From positions 58,404,001-58,468,000 of the forward strand of contig OX597827.1 in NCBI GenBank assembly GCA_951406725.2: 64,000 bases of DNA, written 5' to 3'. The notes under the pieces were generated by a model. The model saw only the letters and a program-made list of their open reading frames with translations, did no database searches and was not told where the DNA came from. Of this stretch, positions 52,320 through 64,000 are shown in pieces. Origin of the DNA: Octopus vulgaris. Lineage: Eukaryota. Position numbers and translations under genes: made by a program. The number at the start of each line of letters is the position of its first letter. Positions within the stretch are counted from its first letter, which is position 1.

Positions 52320-54395
52320 TGGGGGAAAATTTAAGATTTTTGGGGAAAATTTTCAAAAAATTTAGGAAAATTTTTCAAAAATTTTGGTTAAAATGTTTCA
52401 AAAAATTTGGGGAAAATTTTTCAAAAATTCTGGTGAAAATTTTGGTGAAAATTTTTCCAAAAATTTTTCAAAAAACTTTTCGAAAACTTTGGGGGAAAAT
52501 TTTCAAAAAATTTTTCTAAAATTTTTGGGGAAAATTTTCAAAAAACTTTTCTAAAATTTTCAACGGTTTTTCTTGTAAGACTGATAGAGGCAGTCCTGTT
52601 TAAATCAAAAATTTTCCTAAATTTTTGAAAAAATTTTCCCCAAAAGTTTTTGAAAAATTTTCCTAAATTTTTTTGAAAATTTTCACCCAAAATTTTAGAA
52701 AAGTTTTTTGAAAATTTTCCCCAAAAATTTTTGAAAAATTTTCCCAAATTTTTTGGAAAATTTTCCCTAAAAAGTTTAGAAAAATGTTTTGAAAATTATC
52801 CCTAAAAATTTTTGAAAAATTTTCCTAAATTTTTTTGAAAATTTTCACCCAAAATTTTAGAAAATTGTTTTGAAAATTTTCACCCAAAATTTTAGAAAAG
52901 TTTTTTGAAAATTTTCCCCAAAAATTTTAGAAAAATATTTTGAAAATTTTCACCAAAATTTTTGAAAATTTTCCCCCAAAGTTTTCGAAAAGTTTTTTGA
53001 AAAATTTTTGAAAAAATTTTCACCAAAATTTTCACCGAAATTTTTGAAAAATTTTCCCCAAATTTTTTTTTTAACATTTTCACCAAAATTTTTGAAAAAT
53101 TTTCCTAAATTTTTTTGAAAATTTTCCCCAAAAATCTTTGAAAAATTTTCACCAAAATTTTCACCAAAATTTTTGAAAAATTTTCCTAAATTTTTTTGAA
53201 AATTTTCACCCAAAATTTTAGAAAAGTTTTTTGAAAATTTTTCCCAAAAATTTTTGAAAAATTTTCACCAAAATTAAAAAAAAATTTTCCCCCAAATTTT
53301 TTAGAAAATTTTCCCCCAAAATTTTAGAATAATTTTCACCAAAATTTTTGAAAAATTTTTCCCAAATTTTTTGAAACATTTTCACCAAAATTTTTGAAAA
53401 ATTTTCCTAAATTTTTTTGAAAATTTTCACCCAAAATTTTAGAAAAGTTTTTTGAAAATTTTTCCCAAAAATTTTTGAAAAATTTTCACCAAAATTAAAA
53501 AAAAATTTTCCCCCAAAGTTTTAGAAAATTTTCCCCCAAAATTTTAGAATAATTTTCACCAAAATTTTTGAAAAATTTTTCCCAAATTTTTTGAAACATT
53601 TTCACCAAAATTTTTGAAAAATTTTCCTAAATTTTTTTGAAAATTTTCCCCAAAAATTTTTGAAGAATTTTCACCAAAATTTTCACCAAAATTTTTGAAA
53701 ATTTTCCCCCAAAATTTTAGAAAAGTTTTTTGAAAATTTTTCCCAAAATTTTTGAAAAATTTTCCTAAATTTTTTTGAAAATTTTCATCCAAAATTTTAG
53801 AAAAGTTTTTTGAAAATTTTCCCCAAAAATTATTGAAAAATTTTTACCAGATTTTTCACCAAAATTTTGAAAAAATTTTCAACAAAATTTTCACCAAAAT
53901 TTTTGAAAAATTTTCCTCAAAATTTTTTGAAATATTTTCACCAAAACTTTTGAAAAGTTTTCCTAAATTTTTTGAAAATTTTCCCCCAAAATTTTAGAAA
54001 AGTTTTTTGAAAAATTTTTGAAAAAATTTTCACCAAAATTTTTGAAAAATTTTCCTAAATTTTTTTGAAAATTTTCATCCAAAATTTTAGAAAAGTTTTT
54101 TGAAAATTTTCCCCAAAAATTTTTGAAAAATTTTTACCAGATTTTTCACCAAAATTTTGAAAAATTTTTGAAAAAATTTTCAACAAAATTTTCACCAAAA
54201 TTTTTGAAAAATTTACCTCAAATTTTTTGAAACATTTTCACCAAAATTTTTGAAAAATTTTCCTAAATTTTTTTGAAAATTTTCCCCAAAAATTTTGAAA
54301 AATTTTTTGAAAATTTTCACCAAAAATATTTGAAAAATTTTCCTAAAACTTTTTCCCTAAAAAGTTTTCAAATATTTCTTGAAAATTTTAGAAAA
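52320..54395. repeat. A/T-tract satellite (AAAATTTT-based ~11-bp units) with an orientation switch
   Basis: G-containing orientation 52320-52556, C-containing orientation after 52604, and a ~220-bp higher-order repeat at 53175/53395. Confidence 0.9.
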
Positions 54396-54714
54396 TCAAA
54401 GTTAACAGAAGAAACTACAGATGGTTATGTGCAGACCCTTTTGAAGTTCTAAGTGTTATGCATACAAAATTTCCTGAAACTGTCATGGTTTTAGGGGTTG
54501 TTAGTAATGAAGGACATGCAAAGCCTCCTTTCTTCTTTCCCCAATGCTTTAAGCTAACTCTGCCACTTACAATGAGGACCTGGAAATAATTGATAAGCCC
54601 TGGATAAACAGTGTATACAATGGAAAGTCATATGTGTTTCAGTAAGACTCTGCACTATACTCCAGTAACACAGGCTGAAAATTGTGAGTGGATTTGGGAA
54701 ACAGAAAGTGAAAG

Positions 54715-55071
54715 AAGCTGGAGCACCACCTTTATTCGAGCAAATCGACCCCAGGACTTATTCTTTGTAAGCCTAGTACTTATTCTATTGGTGTCCTTTG
54801 CCAAACCGCTAAGTTACGGGGATGTAAACACACCACCATCGGTTGTCAAGCGATATTGGTGGCACAAACATATACACACACACATATATTTATATATACA
54901 TATATACGATAGGCTCCCTTCAGTTTCTGTCTACCAAATCCACTCACAAGGCTTTGGTTGGCCTGAGGCTATAGTAGCAGACACTTGCCCAAGGTGCCAC
55001 GCAGTGGGAATGAACCTGGAATCATGTGGTTGGTAAGCACGCTACTTACCACACAGCCACTCCTGTGCCTA
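54715..55071 (-). mobile_element. SINE family A
   Basis: Similar to 1089-1491. Confidence 0.88.
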
Positions 55072-55984
55072 TAAGTATGATTAATGCCAAACTAAACTCC
55101 ACTTCCCAGCTTTTGGTTGATCCAAATCTACTATTTTTTCTACTTTAGTCACAAGGTCTGAAATTTGGAGGTGGAGGCTAGTTGATTACATCAACCTCAG
55201 ATTTTGGGGGAGGGAGTTAGTTGATTATATTGACAGCAGTATTTGACCGGTACTTTATTTTATCAACTCTGAAAAGGATGAAAGGCAAGGTTACCCTCTG
55301 CAGAATTTGAACTCAGAATATGCAACCAGAAGGAATGCTGCTAATCATTTCATCATCCAATGAGTTAATGATTCTCCCTTTCTTCTTCCATCGCTTCAAT
55401 TCACCTCTCTCTCTTTTTCTCTTTCTATAACTTCCATTCTCTCTATCAAGCACATTCTCTGTATTTTCCCTTCATTCTCACCCTCATCTCTGTTCTCCCC
55501 CATCACCAATACTGTCATACAAGATGTCCAATCCAGTGCTAAGTACTAGTGCTGCAGGAGATGCTTTATTTCTAGCTCAAGCAACTCAAGTATTTTAGAC
55601 TGGGTGGCAGCGATAACATCAAAAGACAAATGGTAACCTTGCAAAGCACAACTTAGAATCCCACCAGCAATCTACCCCAATCCCAACTTAATCTTCCTCA
55701 CTTGCAATTTATCCCAAATTTATCACCTTAAACATCCTCCATGGAAATGTACCCCAAATCCATGCTTAAGCTCTCTCACCTGCTATCTACCCCAAACCCC
55801 AAGCTTGTCTCCCTTATCTGGAATCTGCCCCAACCTGCTGTCACAGCAAAGCAAAACAAAACACAGCAAAACAAAACAAAACAAACAAAGCAAAACAAAA
55901 AACAAAACAAAACAAATACCAAAGTGACAATCTGGATAAGCTAGGGTTTTCTGAAAAAGAGATATCAGCCAGCTAATTCTTCTT

Positions 55985-56330
55985 TTTTAATCCTTTTTGC
56001 CCCTTGTGGAGCATAGGGCCTCAACAGCTGTTTTCCACTTTTTGCGGTCATTGGCGTGTTTCTTGGCTGCTTCCCATGTCAGGCCAGTGGTCCTGAGCTC
56101 GTCCAAAATGCTTCGCTTCCATGTCTGCTTTGGGTGTCTTTGCTTCCTTTTCTCTTGCAGGTTCCAGTCAAGTGCTTGCCGTGTCACATTTGAGGGTTCT
56201 TTCTGCAGTGTGTGTCCGATCCATCTCCATTTCCTTCATCTAATCTGAAGTTCCTGGTTGGCCCTTTCCCACAGGTCAGTGTTTGGCACTGTCAAACCAC
56301 TTCAGATGGAGGATCTACTGAAGACATTAG
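55985..56330 (-). mobile_element. RTE-clade LINE 3' relic
   Basis: TRQALDWNLQEKRKQRHPKQTWKRS...DRKKWKTAVEALCS. Confidence 0.85.
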
Positions 56331-56464
56331 CACATTACAGATACAATCTGTAAGTGAAACAGTAAGAATATGCAAGATTTTTCTCAAGTTTAATGTGATT
56401 CCAATGATGGAGCTTTGTGGCTTTGTTAGAAACCAGCTTCTTCCTCAGAGTAAGAATTTAAATA

Positions 56465-57727
56465 CCGTAAAAACCCATGTAATTTACGCACTATTTTTGC
56501 AAAAATAAAAATAAACTTTAGTGGATGCATAAATTACATGAGCAGATCGTTTCCAGAATTTTTTTGAAATGTTTTTTTGTTGAAAAATGATGTACCAAAA
56601 TGTCAACATTTGTACAAGAAGTTGACTCATTTAATGTCAGAATTGGTTTTTACAGAAAAAATAAGGGCTTAAAAATAAATGAAGTTGACTTTTATTTATG
56701 CTGGATAGTATAATGCTTACTTTTTCTGTATAAATTTACTAAAACCATTAAATGGTTAACTACTTTTTGAAGTCTGTTGGTCATGCTGGTAAACACAGTC
56801 AGGGCCATATTTTACGTTGCTTGGAATTTCTACCTATCGCAATGGAGCACCATTGACATACATAGTGATATGGATATTCCTGACTGAAAAAAAAAATGTA
56901 ATATGAATAATCTTGATTGTATGTTTTTATTTTTGTCTATTTATTACTAGGCACAGTTTTAAGTTTGTCGTACTGTTTACACCAATTTTGAATATTGGCT
57001 TCATAAACATTAAAATACCTTCTGGCAGCTCTATTGTCACATTCAAATGCATATTCAACATATTTAATTTCTCCTTTGCAGTAAATGATTCATAAGTTCT
57101 GCCCATACTAACAATAACTGTAATGACAAATTTTAAGGTTTGCTTGACATTTTATGATACTCTGTATCAAAGGTTCCGACAAGAATAGGCAGAAAAGAAT
57201 TCTGTTTACATAATCAGTTTGATTGGTCACCTTTCTCTGTCGATTGAGTAAAGTGTCATCCAAGCTGATGTTTATTGGTAATTAAACTTATTTTGCAACA
57301 CCTGTGTGTATTTATCAGCTTTGTTTTTGTTCGTAATTCTTATCAACAATTTTTTCTGTGATCGTGATTTGAGAAGATATACAGCAGTATGCTATAAATC
57401 GGACATAATGTCTTGTGGGCAAGAAATGTAAAATAAAGCTTATTACAAACAATACAAACACTTCGTAATATGATAGCTTTCAATGTGATACCTGTTAAAC
57501 AGAAATTATTTTTATTTAATGAAAATTCAATAAAATCTAATCAATAAGTAAGTGAAATTATGCTAAATACAACTAAATTGAAAACCTTTTTCCCCTGGCT
57601 ATATTGGCAATTCTGAAAACTTTTGGTTGCAAATTTTACATGAATAGAAGCCTTTTTTAAACATATTTTGTCCTGAAAACCACCTGTGTAAATTATACAG
57701 GTGCACAAATTACATGGATTTTTACAG
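56465..57727. mobile_element. pogo/Tigger-like non-autonomous DNA transposon
   Basis: TA|CCGTAAAAACCCATGTAATTTACGCAC and GTGCACAAATTACATGGATTTTTACAG|TA TIRs. Confidence 0.75.
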
Positions 57728-58095
57728 TAATTAAAAACAGAACACACATGTACGCACGCACACACACACATTCATAGACAAAAGAAATCATATTTACATG
57801 TCTATAACCTGAGTTTGTATTAAATATTAATAAAAACAACCAACTGTTACATGTAATTTCAAAGCTAAAATATCTCCAGATGTTACAACTGTTCACTACT
57901 AGATAATGAATAATACTTCAATAGATTTTAATACGTTCTAAAGCTCAGGAGGAAGAAATAAGAACAAAAATTATAATAATTAATCAGACATTTAGATCTA
58001 TGTTGAAATTAGTGTTGAGGTATCCATGGAAGATGCATGGGTGATAATAAATATTCAGCCTTTATAATTAATTGCTGCAAACTGTATTTAAAGGG

Positions 58096-58513
58096 TTGAT
58101 CCTTTAGCATTTAAATTGGTCATTCAAAACAACCAGATCCAGCTACTCTACAATGCCATTCTAAAAATAAACCATCACATCAAAATCTTGAAGCTATGAG
58201 ATATCATCATCATCGTTTAACATCCGCTTTCCATGCTAGCATGGGTTGGATGATTTGACTGAGGACTGACGAACCAGATGGCTGCACCAGGCCCCAATCT
58301 TGATCTGGCAGAGTTTCTACAGCTGGATGCCTTTCCTAATGCCAACCACTCTGAGAGCTTTTATGTGCCACTGGTATGAGGGCCAGTCAGGCGGTACTGG
58401 CAACGACCATGAAAAAATCATGTTTTTTTTTTTAAAATAATATAAGATTAATTCAAAACAATGTGAATAAATAAGTATTGCGTTTGATAGTAGTCTGAAT
58501 GCGAAAGGGTCAA
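58096..58513. mobile_element. decayed piggyBac-like MITE interrupted by an RTE 3' UTR fragment (58205-58410)
   Basis: TTGATCCTTTAGCATT and AATGCGAAAGGGTCAA ends. Confidence 0.5.
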
Positions 58514-58927
58514 AAGGATCAACTGAATAAAGTACTTGTTCCTCTCTATCATTTAATAAATAATAAAGCTGTCCTCTCTGCTTCCTCATAGCCAATGGCA
58601 CTTCTGACTTTCTGTTCATAACCTCTCAGGTTACGATTCAGTCCCCTATGGTTTTGCATATCGTAGGTGACAGATGAAAGATGTGACACAAACAAGTACA
58701 GACACAACACTGGTTTTTTGGAACCTTCAGTTCCAAAGCGTTTCTGAATTACAGATTTTTCTGAACCAGGGTTGGTCACCTTGGTCGATGTTAAACAAAT
58801 ATTAAATTTACTTAAATAATTAAATGAAATGCAGGCACCTGTACATTAGTGTAAATGATACAAATTTAATAATATCGTACTGAGGAGGGTACTAGTCAGT
58901 GCAAGGTGCCAGTAAACTAGTTTGGTA

Positions 58928-59310
58928 CTCTTTTACTCGTTTCAGTCACTTGATGGTGGCCATACTGGAGCACTGCCTTTAGTCAAGCAAATCAACCCCG
59001 GGACTTATTCTTTGTAAGCCTAGTACTTATCCTATAGGTCTCTTTTGCTGAACTGCTAAGTTACGGGGACGTAAACACACCAGCATCGGTTGTCAAGCGA
59101 TGTTGGGGGGACAAACACAGACACACAAACATATACACACACATACATATATATATGACAGGCTTCTTTCAGTTTCCATCTACCAAATCCACTCACAAGG
59201 CTTTGGTTGGCCCAAGGCTATAGTAGAAGACGCCCAAGGTGCCACACAGTAGGACTGAACCTGGAACCATGTGGTTGGTAAGCAAGCTACTTACCACACA
59301 GCCACTCCTG
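58928..59310 (-). mobile_element. SINE family A, full length
   Basis: Similar to 1089-1491. Confidence 0.9.
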
Positions 59311-60859
59311 TGGCTGATAGAATTTGAAGTTCATGCTAATAAATTAGATAGAAATAAAAGATAAAGAACCTTTCTGAGTTGTATATACTCATAGGGCTGG
59401 TTTCCTGGTTTCTGTGGCGTACACTCCTCATCTGGATGGGATGCCAGTCCATTGCAGGATTACTCATTTTTGCTAACCGAATGAACTAAAGCTATGTGAA
59501 ATGAAGTGTTTTGGCAAACACCTTCTAAATTAAACAAAAATTGAATTTAAATAATTAAATGAAATGCAGGTAGCTGTACATTAGTATAAATGATACAAGT
59601 CTGTGAATACTATACAGTGAAGGGTACTAGTCTGTGCAAAGCATCACTAAATTAGTCTGGTAGCTGTGGGAATTTGAAGCTCTGGCTAATAAATTAGATA
59701 TATATATAAAGCTTAAAGATCCTTCCTGAGTCATATAGACTCATAAGGTCTGTAGGTCATATAGACTCATAGGGCAGGTTTTCCAGTTTCATGGTAGATA
59801 TATTCCTCCCTGGATCGGATGCTGGTCTGTTGCAGAATTACTCATTTTTGCCAGCTGAGTGGACTGGAGCATCGTAAGGCATTGCCTGGTCTAGAAATCG
59901 AATCTACAGTCTTATGACCATGAACCCAGTACCCTAACCACTAAGCCACATACTTCCACTAATAAATTAGTGTGAATTAAAGGAAGTTCTAGATCTCAAG
60001 TCAGTGTTGTATCTGTAAAGATCCTTGGTTAGCACTATTGGGCCAAAAATATCACCATGACGCTACCCAATTTAAGCAACCTGAAAATTAATTTGATCAG
60101 CAATACTCTATAACAAAGAGACTCCAAGTTACCATCCCCTGCCACATTTCTACAAAAATGGAAAAAAACTGTTGTTTTAAAAAATAACAAAAACAAATTT
60201 TACCACCACGTTTTAATTTTTTATTTTATTCTACATAATTTACCATCAATTTTGCCGTAGGCAGATTTATTCATCATGTATTTCTCCCTTTACAACCACC
60301 ACTTCTATCAACAGCTGCTTCTGTCATCATTTATAGCCAAACCAAATAGGCTCCATAACAAATTAAATATTACTTAAATATTGGTTTCAAATTTTGGCAT
60401 GAGGCCGACAATTTTGATGGAGAAGATAAATTGATTACATCGACCCCACTCCTCCAGTGTGCAACTGGTACTTATTTTATCGATCCTGGAAGGATGAAAG
60501 GCAAAGTTAACCTCAGCATGTAAAGATGGACAAAATGCCGCTAAGCATGCTAATGATTCTGCCAGCTCACCATCTTTTGTTATTTAAATATCAAAATTCT
60601 TCTTTTTATTACAGAAATTATTTCCTAACCACCAAAGGTCTTTATAATCTTCACAAAACCACACTGAAGTCCAAGCATTGAAAGAAAAAAAACGCAAAAT
60701 ACAAATATTGGTCCCAGAAATGCTTGAGAAGTATGATTGCTGTTTTTTCCTTTACCCTTTTTTTTTTCTTGATTTTGTATACTGAGTAGTTCTTTGTCCT
60801 GCTTAATTATCTAGATTATTCTTGACTCCAGATAATTAAGCAGAATTAAATTAAGAGAC

Positions 60860-60918
60860 TTTATTGCCTCTCCTAATATCAGTAATTTCATCCACGTTCA
60901 CAAATCAGCTCTATCACC
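60860..60918 (-). other. candidate terminal exon start of a minus-strand gene lying beyond the window
   Basis: Acceptor TCTCTTCTATTTTTACAG|G, reading VIELICERG* or (G)DRADL*, with AATAAA at 60865-60860. Confidence 0.3.
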
Positions 60919-61019
60919 TGTAAAAATAGAAGAGAGAATCAAGGGTCACACAAGATTTACAGAGAAAAATGCTTAACTTATAACAACAACAACAACAACA
61001 ATAATGATGATTTTTTTTA

Positions 61020-61118
61020 TTTGCCACCAGGGGACTAGTCAATTACATCAACCCCAGTGTTTTGTTGGTACTTAATTTAGCAACCCTGAAAAGATGAAAG
61101 GCAAAGTTGACCTCAGTG

Positions 61119-61165
<47 letters not shown>

Positions 61166-61812
61166 GTTTCATATTTTGGCACAAGGCCAGTAATTTTGGG
61201 GAACGAGCAAATCAATTTACATTGACTCCAGAGTTCAACTGGTACTTATTTTATTGACCCTGAAAGGATGAAATGGAAAGTTGACCTCAGTGGAATTTGA
61301 ACTCAGAAAACAATGACTGATGAAATACCGCTAAGCATTTTGCCCAACGTGCTTATGATTCTGCCAGCTCGTCATCCTAATGATAATAATAATAATAATA
61401 ATGGTTTCATATTTTGCCACAAGGGCAGCAATTTTGGGGGAGGCGATGAGTTGATTACATTGACCCCAGTGTTCAACTGGTACTTATTTTATTGACCTCA
61501 AAAGGATGAAATGGAAAGTTAACCTCAGTGGAATTTGAACACAGAACATGAAGATAGACGAAATGCCACAAAGTATTCTGCCAGCTCATCATCCTAAAAA
61601 TCCTTTCTACTACAGGCACAAGGCCTGAAATTTGGGGGAGGAGATAGTTGCTTACATCAATCCCAGTATACAACTGGTACTTAATTTATTGACCCAGAAG
61701 GGATGAAAGGTAAAGCTGACCTTGGCGGAATTCAAACTCAGAATTTAGTGGCAGACGAAATACCACTAAGCATTTCGCCAGTGTGCTAATGATTCTGTCG
61801 GCTCGCCATCTT
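61020..61812 (-). mobile_element. tandem cluster of ~4 SINE family C copies separated by (AAT)n
   Basis: Repeated CTGGTACTTA.TTT.ATTGACCC...GATGAAA core. Confidence 0.85.
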
Positions 61813-61823
61813 AATAATAATAA

Positions 61824-62098
61824 CAAGAGCACTCAGAGCGCAAACCTCCACCAATGTAAGAACCAACGTCCTCTCAACGATTAGCCAGAGATGATTTTTA
61901 AAATGAGAATATCTGAAAAACTCGACTGTTCTCACAAACGAGAATACTAAAAATGAACATGACTGCTCTCAAAAATTAAGTAACAATACAGGAAAAATAA
62001 TCCAGAATTCTTGTCTGGTACCAGATCAATCCGAAGATCTAATCAGTTCATGCCAACTATGAGTTTCATCCAAATCCACCCTGCAGTTCTTGAGATAA
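61824..62098 (-). mobile_element. Helitron-like non-autonomous fragment
   Basis: CAAGAGCACTCAGAGCGCAAACCTCC terminus and TTTCATCCAAATCC motif, resembling the other Helitron-like copies. Confidence 0.4.
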
Positions 62099-62099
62099 G

Positions 62100-62552
62100 T
62101 GGGCTGGTTACACCCATGGTATAGGCCACAGGTTATGGTCTCACTAGGCTTGCCGGGTCTTCTCAAGCACAGCATATTTCCAAAGGTCTCTGTCACTAGT
62201 CATTGCCTTAGTGAGGCCTAATGTTTGAAGGTCGTGCTTCATCACCTCATCCCAGGTCATCCTGGGTCTACTTCTTCCACAGGTTCCCTCAACCGCTAGG
62301 GTGTGGCACTTTTTCACACAGCTCTCCTCATCCATTCTCGCCACATTACCATACCAGCATTGTCATCTCTCCTGTACACCACATCTGACGCTTCTTAGGT
62401 CCAACTTTTCTCTCAAGGTACTTACATTCTGTCGAGTATGCACACTGATATTACACATCCAGCGGAGCATACTGGCTTCATTCCTTGCAAGCTTACGCAT
62501 GTCCTCAGCAGTCACGACCCATGTTTCACTGCCATGTAGCATGGCTGTTCGT
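62100..62552 (-). mobile_element. RTE-clade LINE 3' relic
   Basis: RMDEESCVKKCHTLAVEGTCGRSRPRMTWDEV...DRDLWK. Confidence 0.88.
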
Positions 62553-63233
62553 ACATATATATATATATTATATTATATCATCATCATTTAGTGTCTGCTT
62601 TCCATGCTGGCATGGGTTAGATGGTTTGACTGAAACTGGTAAGCTGCATCAGGTTCCAATCTGATTTGGCATGGTTTCTATGACTGGATGCCATTCCTTA
62701 ATGCCAACCACACCAAGTGCATAAACTTCGACTTTATAAAATGCATAATCAATGAATTAAAAATTGTTTGGTATGTGTCATGGCACCGTTTTTTTATGCC
62801 TGAAATTTAGAACCTGGCTACACCCCTGATATATATATATATAAATAAATATAAAGATAGATAGAGGGGAGGAAAAAGAAGAGAAAGGAAGGATGGAATT
62901 ACTTGATTACAGATGTTTTATGTGGGTGGTTGACTCATTTCATGATTATATTTAAAGCTGTTTCTGAGAAGTAAATTTGAATTAAATATTAGTTTCCATA
63001 ACAACTACAGATTTACTCCAGACCAACCCCACCCCACCCCACCCCTTGAGCCACCTGCTTTGTTGCAGCTTTAGTAATTATTCTACACTGCTGAAGTTTG
63101 TAGGTGCACACTGGAGCCAGACCAATTGTCCACTCAGTTCAATGCATCACACACACACACACAAATCTGTATATCCACACACGAATTTGAAAAAAAAATA
63201 AAACCAATGTGAATGAGAAAGAAAGGGAGAGAA

Positions 63234-63270
<37 letters not shown>

Positions 63271-63543
63271 GTTGTTGAAAGTAGTAACAGATGTGTGATT
63301 CTATGTCTGACAGAATGACGTCAATGCTCCAACCAACTGCAAGACTGAAATAATAATATTGGGATTAAAGCAGACAGAGTCACAGCTGGCCAAAACAATA
63401 GGGTGCCAGCTAGAGATGTTTGAATCCCTTAAGTCCATTTAACTATAAACAGACATGACCATTATCAGCTGCCAAGTAGTGTTAGATTGGCAGAAAGTTT
63501 TACAGCATCGGATAATATGCCTTGCAGTATTTTGTTCCGATTC

Positions 63544-63776
63544 AAGGCGGTGAGCTGGCAGAAACGTTAGCACACCGGGCAAAATGCTTAGCGGTATTTC
63601 GTTTGCCATTATGTTCTGAGTTCAAATTCTGCCGAGGTCAACTTTGCTTTTCATCCTTTCAGAGTCGATAAATTAAATACCAGTTACACACTGGGGTTGA
63701 TGTAATCAACTTAATGCCTTTGTCTGTCCTTGTTTGTCCCCACTATGTTTAGCCCCTTGTGGGCAATAAAGAAATA
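63544..63776 (+). mobile_element. SINE family C, full length, nested in an older family C copy
   Basis: ~18-bp TSD AGTATTTTGTTCCGATTC / AGTATTTTGTTCCAACTC. Confidence 0.88.
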
Positions 63777-64000
63777 AGTATTTTGTTCCAACTCTGAGTT
63801 CAAATCAGGCTACAGTCAACTTTGCCTTTCATCTCTCTGGGGTTGGTAGCATTCACCAATTCCCTCTCCACAAAATCACTGTCCTTTGCCTAAATTAGAA
63901 ACAGTCATCCTTTTGGGGTCAATTAAATAAGTACCAGTTATGCACTGGGGTCGATATAATCGACTTAATCCCTTTGTCCTTGTTTGTCCCCTCTATGTTT

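Noticed and set aside
52319-53792. KIFKNFGENF-type repeat protein
   Set aside because: Frames break constantly and occur on both strands; this is a DNA satellite.

Overview
Repeat-dominated, AT-rich eukaryotic DNA, most likely an octopus genome (inferred from the tRNA-derived SINE families and dense microsatellites). No intact protein-coding gene is recognisable, and most ORFs in the track are microsatellite artefacts. The window holds dozens of SINE copies from at least 3 families; degenerate RTE, CR1, CRE-like and Penelope (GIY-YIG) retroelement relics; mariner, pogo/Tigger, hAT- and piggyBac-like elements; Helitron-like elements; a probable solo LTR; and a 2-kb A/T-tract satellite. A few weak host-exon candidates are present. 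The most interesting signal is a set of short non-coding elements, mostly inserted in (TA)n, that carry minimal type I hammerhead ribozyme (HHR) motifs and/or asymmetric inverted duplications typical of Penelope-like element (PLE) mobilisation. These include a tRNA-headed element with an HHR-like motif and a 4-copy family with a variant CUGUCGA core. All calls are by eye and coordinates are approximate.
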